Source: an uncultured virus (IMG/VR IMGVR_UViG_3300031951_000102)
Taxonomy: Duplodnaviria; Heunggongvirae; Uroviricota; Caudoviricetes
Direction: 5' to 3' (one strand)
DNA: 20,000 bases
IMG/VR virus record: IMGVR_UViG_3300031951_000102
The notes under the pieces are model-generated. The model ran no database searches and had not been told where the DNA came from. It worked only from the letters and a program-made list of their open reading frames with translations. The translations under genes and the position numbers were made by a program. Shown here one piece after another: positions 17,240-20,000 of the stretch. Within the stretch, counting starts at the first letter, position 1. Every line of letters starts with the position of its first letter.

Positions 17240-19012
17240 TTGGAACTTTTACCAACTCCAAATATCCCAAATACTGTTGAAACAAGAGCATTATCAATTC
17301 TTGAAAGCTATGATGGTGCAAATAATTATATTCTGAAATTAAAAAAGAACCTTCAAAAAAGTAAAAAGTTTTATTTAACACGTTCTCAATCAGATTATAT
17401 TATAAATTTCCACGATAAACAACCAAAAGTCGCCAAAAAATGGGTTGATTTAGACCCTTATTTCTCAAAGAAGATTGCCGACGAAAAACTTTATACTGAA
17501 ATACCTAAAAATGTTTGGGTTGAGAAATTATTAGCCGAAAAAGAGAAATCTTATCATATTTGGGGTAAACTATTTGAATCTGAAGAGATTCATGATTTTT
17601 GGTTACCAAAGGGAGCGTTAATTAAAACTCATGTTGTTGAGAAGGTAACAATAGATTATTCAAAATATTCCCATAGACCTCCGTTAGACCACCAAAAAGA
17701 AGCGATTGAAAAACTTGTTGGTAGTAAAAGATTTATTTTGGCGGATGATATGGGTCTTGGTAAAACTACCTCAACAATTATTGCATCATTAGAGACGGGT
17801 TCAAAGAAAATTCTAATCATTTGTCCCGCATCACTTAAAATAAATTGGGAAAGAGAGATTAAAAATTATACTGACAAAAGTGTTTATATTGCTGAGGGTA
17901 AAAACTTCTCAATAGACCACGATTTTGTAATTGTTAACTATGATATTCTTAAGAATTTTTACGATTTAAAAGAAAAAGAAACCTCTTTAATTAATCAATT
18001 CAATCCCGACCTAATCATTATTGATGAGGCACATTATGTTCAAAACGGACAAGCTCAGAGAACAAAATTAGTTAATAATTTCTCAAAAAAGGTTGATAGA
18101 TTGTGGTTATTAACGGGAACTCCGATGACTTCAAGACCAATGAATTATTTTAATTTGTTAAGTTTAATTGAAAGTCCTGTTGCTCAAAATTGGATGGCAT
18201 ATGCTATAAGATATTGTCAAGGATATCAGTTTAAAGCTGGAAATAGAAAAGTTTGGAATGTTACAGGAGCATCTAATTTAGAAGAATTAAGAGATAGAAC
18301 ATCAAGACAAGTTTTGAGAAGATTAAAAGAAGATGTCTTGGATTTACCTGATAAAATCATTACACCCGTTTATTTGAGATTGAAGTCAAGATTATATGAA
18401 GGTTTGATGGGTGAGTATTACAATTGGTACGATAATAAAAAAGAAGAATCATCATCATTAACTGTACAATTTTCAAAACTTATGAAAGTGAGACAAGTTA
18501 TCTCAGATGAAAAGGTTAATAGTACAATAGAACTTGCCCAAAATATTTTAGACCAAGATAAAAAAGTAATTATCTTTACAAATTTCACTGAAACTTTAAA
18601 TAAAATCAAAGACCACTTTGGTAAACAAGCGGTTTATTTAGATGGTAGTTGTACAAAACCTCAAAGACAATATGCGGTTGACCAATTCCAAGAAAATGAT
18701 AAAATTAAAGTGTTTGTTGGTAATATTAAAGCAGCAGGTGTAGGTATTACTCTTACCGCCGCTGAAGCGGTTATTATAAATGACCTTTCATTTGTACCAG
18801 GTGACTTATCACAAGCTGAAGATAGAGCATATCGTTACGGTCAAAAGAATTCAGTATCAGTTTACTACCCAATATTTGAAAACACAATAGAAGGAATCAT
18901 ATACGACATGATTAATAACAAAAAACAAAACATTGCAACTGTTATGGGTGATAACCTTAATTCAGGGGATATTGTTGAAGAAATCATGAATAAAATTAAT
19001 AACTTAAGATAA
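17240..19012 (+). CDS. SNF2/SWI2-family ATPase/helicase (SMARCAL1/HARP-like)
   Basis: 590 aa. Motifs: LDHQKEA (Q), ILADDMGLGKT (Walker A), ICPASLKINW, IIDEAH (Walker B), LLTGTPM, LRRLKEDVLDLPDK, GVGITLTAA and QAEDRAYRYGQ (VI). The TTG start is uncertain. Confidence 0.93.
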   Translation: MELLPTPNIPNTVETRALSILESYDGANNYILKLKKNLQKSKKFYLTRSQSDYIINFHDKQPKVAKKWVDLDPYFSKKIADEKLYTEIPKNVWVEKLLAEKEKSYHIWGKLFESEEIHDFWLPKGALIKTHVVEKVTIDYSKYSHRPPLDHQKEAIEKLVGSKRFILADDMGLGKTTSTIIASLETGSKKILIICPASLKINWEREIKNYTDKSVYIAEGKNFSIDHDFVIVNYDILKNFYDLKEKETSLINQFNPDLIIIDEAHYVQNGQAQRTKLVNNFSKKVDRLWLLTGTPMTSRPMNYFNLLSLIESPVAQNWMAYAIRYCQGYQFKAGNRKVWNVTGASNLEELRDRTSRQVLRRLKEDVLDLPDKIITPVYLRLKSRLYEGLMGEYYNWYDNKKEESSSLTVQFSKLMKVRQVISDEKVNSTIELAQNILDQDKKVIIFTNFTETLNKIKDHFGKQAVYLDGSCTKPQRQYAVDQFQENDKIKVFVGNIKAAGVGITLTAAEAVIINDLSFVPGDLSQAEDRAYRYGQKNSVSVYYPIFENTIEGIIYDMINNKKQNIATVMGDNLNSGDIVEEIMNKINNLR

Positions 19013-19050
19013 TTCAAACTTTCAGGTTATTTATTATTAAATAATACAAT

Positions 19051-20000
19051 ATGAAAAAGATTGAAGATAGAATCAATCTAATTAACGAACAACTTCTAAA
19101 AGAGGAATTTAAAGTAAATCAACAATTTATTTTGAATGAGATGAAACGTATAGGTATTGAAGAATTACCTTACTCATATTCTGCATTAAAAAACTTTATT
19201 GATTCAGAAACGATGTCAACCCATTATAATAAACATTACAAAGGGTATGTTAAAAAATTAAACAAGGCACTTTCTCAAAAAGACTACGGAGATTTAGAGT
19301 TAGAAGAAATCATTAAATCAATTAGTAAGTACGACGAAACTATACGAAATAATGCGGGTGGAGCTTTCAATCATGCATTATTTTGGAAAATGTTGTCACC
19401 TAAAAAACAAAAAATACAAGGTGATATTTTAGAAAAAATTAAGAAAGATTTTGGAAGTTATAGAGAATTTAAAACTGTTTTTGAAGAATTTGCTCAAGAA
19501 AGATTTGGTTCAGGATGGGTGTGGTTGATACTAACAAAAGGTGATAAACTAAAAGTTATGTCAACACCAAACCAAGATAACCCACTTATGAATGTTGTTA
19601 AAAATGGTGGTTATCCTATATTGGGATTAGACCTTTGGGAACACGCTTATTATTTAAAATACAAAAACGAAAAAAACGATTACATTAAAAATTTTTGGGA
19701 TAGTGTCAATTGGCAATTTGTCAACAAAATGTTGAAAATGAAAATGAAGACAAAGTTAACTGAATCTATCTTTTCAAGAAATCTTCTTACTGAGTCAAAA
19801 TCTACATCTTGTACTTATGAGATGGCTCAGACATATAGATTCATATTCAACATCAATGATGAAGTGAAGAAAATATTCATGTATAGTATTAATGATGTTT
19901 TGAAAAATGTTTTTCCTGATAATTTCTATAGATACAATGAATATGAGAAAGGTCAGATGTCAGGAATTTATGATTTGGAAAGAAAAGGTAGGTCAGTAAT
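19051..20000 (+). CDS. sodA: Mn-type (Fe/Mn family) superoxide dismutase with a 30-aa N-terminal extension and a fused C-terminal domain; truncated at the right edge
   Basis: Not in the ORF track. Open from ATG 19051 to the window end. LPYSYSAL, TMSTHYNKH, NNAGGAFNHALFW, RFGSGWVWL, STPNQDNP and LGLDLWEHAYY supply all four metal ligands. The GG and NQD signatures indicate Mn type. The frame continues at least 85 codons past the normal SOD end (VNWQFVNKML). Confidence 0.92.
   Translation, partial: MKKIEDRINLINEQLLKEEFKVNQQFILNEMKRIGIEELPYSYSALKNFIDSETMSTHYNKHYKGYVKKLNKALSQKDYGDLELEEIIKSISKYDETIRNNAGGAFNHALFWKMLSPKKQKIQGDILEKIKKDFGSYREFKTVFEEFAQERFGSGWVWLILTKGDKLKVMSTPNQDNPLMNVVKNGGYPILGLDLWEHAYYLKYKNEKNDYIKNFWDSVNWQFVNKMLKMKMKTKLTESIFSRNLLTESKSTSCTYEMAQTYRFIFNINDEVKKIFMYSINDVLKNVFPDNFYRYNEYEKGQMSGIYDLERKGRSV

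Noticed and set aside
17730..17775. Intein at the helicase Walker A motif, or introns in structural genes
   Set aside because: DDMGLGKTT is contiguous, the protein is normal in size, and I saw no splicing or homing-endonuclease motifs.
18418..18609. 63-aa minus-strand ORF
   Set aside because: Antisense shadow inside the SNF2 helicase gene.
1..20000. Stop-codon reassignment (TAG/TGA recoding, as in some large phages)
   Set aside because: Long genes are intact under the standard code and nearly all end in TAA. The single TAG stop (10102-10100) would not join the chaperone frame if read through. There is no positive evidence.
1..20000. CRISPR array, tRNA, rRNA or IS element
   Set aside because: No spaced direct repeats, cloverleaf, rRNA-like sequence or transposase were seen. 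Intergenic gaps are short and already accounted for.

Overview
This AT-rich window (roughly 28-30% GC by eye) comes from a large contractile-tailed phage distantly related to the T4 superfamily, probably a jumbo phage. The minus strand carries a neck-tail-baseplate module, in transcription order: gp14-like neck (16677-17192), gp15-like tail terminator, a 1195-aa tail sheath with a Cys-rich insertion containing an Ig-like domain, a HAD phosphatase, a gp19-like tail tube, an unannotated 44-aa zinc-finger-like ORF, a tail-assembly chaperone with an overlapping +1-frame 'T' ORF, a tape measure protein, a 1691-aa baseplate protein, a gp53/LysM-like wedge protein and a truncated large hub-like protein. 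An unannotated 54-aa ribbon-helix-helix ORF lies antisense inside the module. The plus strand carries a SNF2-family helicase and a truncated Mn-type superoxide dismutase with N- and C-terminal extensions. The most notable observations are four. (1) A candidate +1 (or -2) programmed frameshift at GAG TTT TTT CGC that would make a G/GT-type chaperone pair. (2) A SOD bracketed by (L/I)-x-E motifs, suggesting a protease-processed, capsid-packaged cargo polyprotein. (3) An OmpA-like peptidoglycan-binding domain inserted inside a split tube-like baseplate domain. (4) A recurring TATTTAT element upstream of gene starts. All family assignments come from motif recognition and gene order, not database searches.
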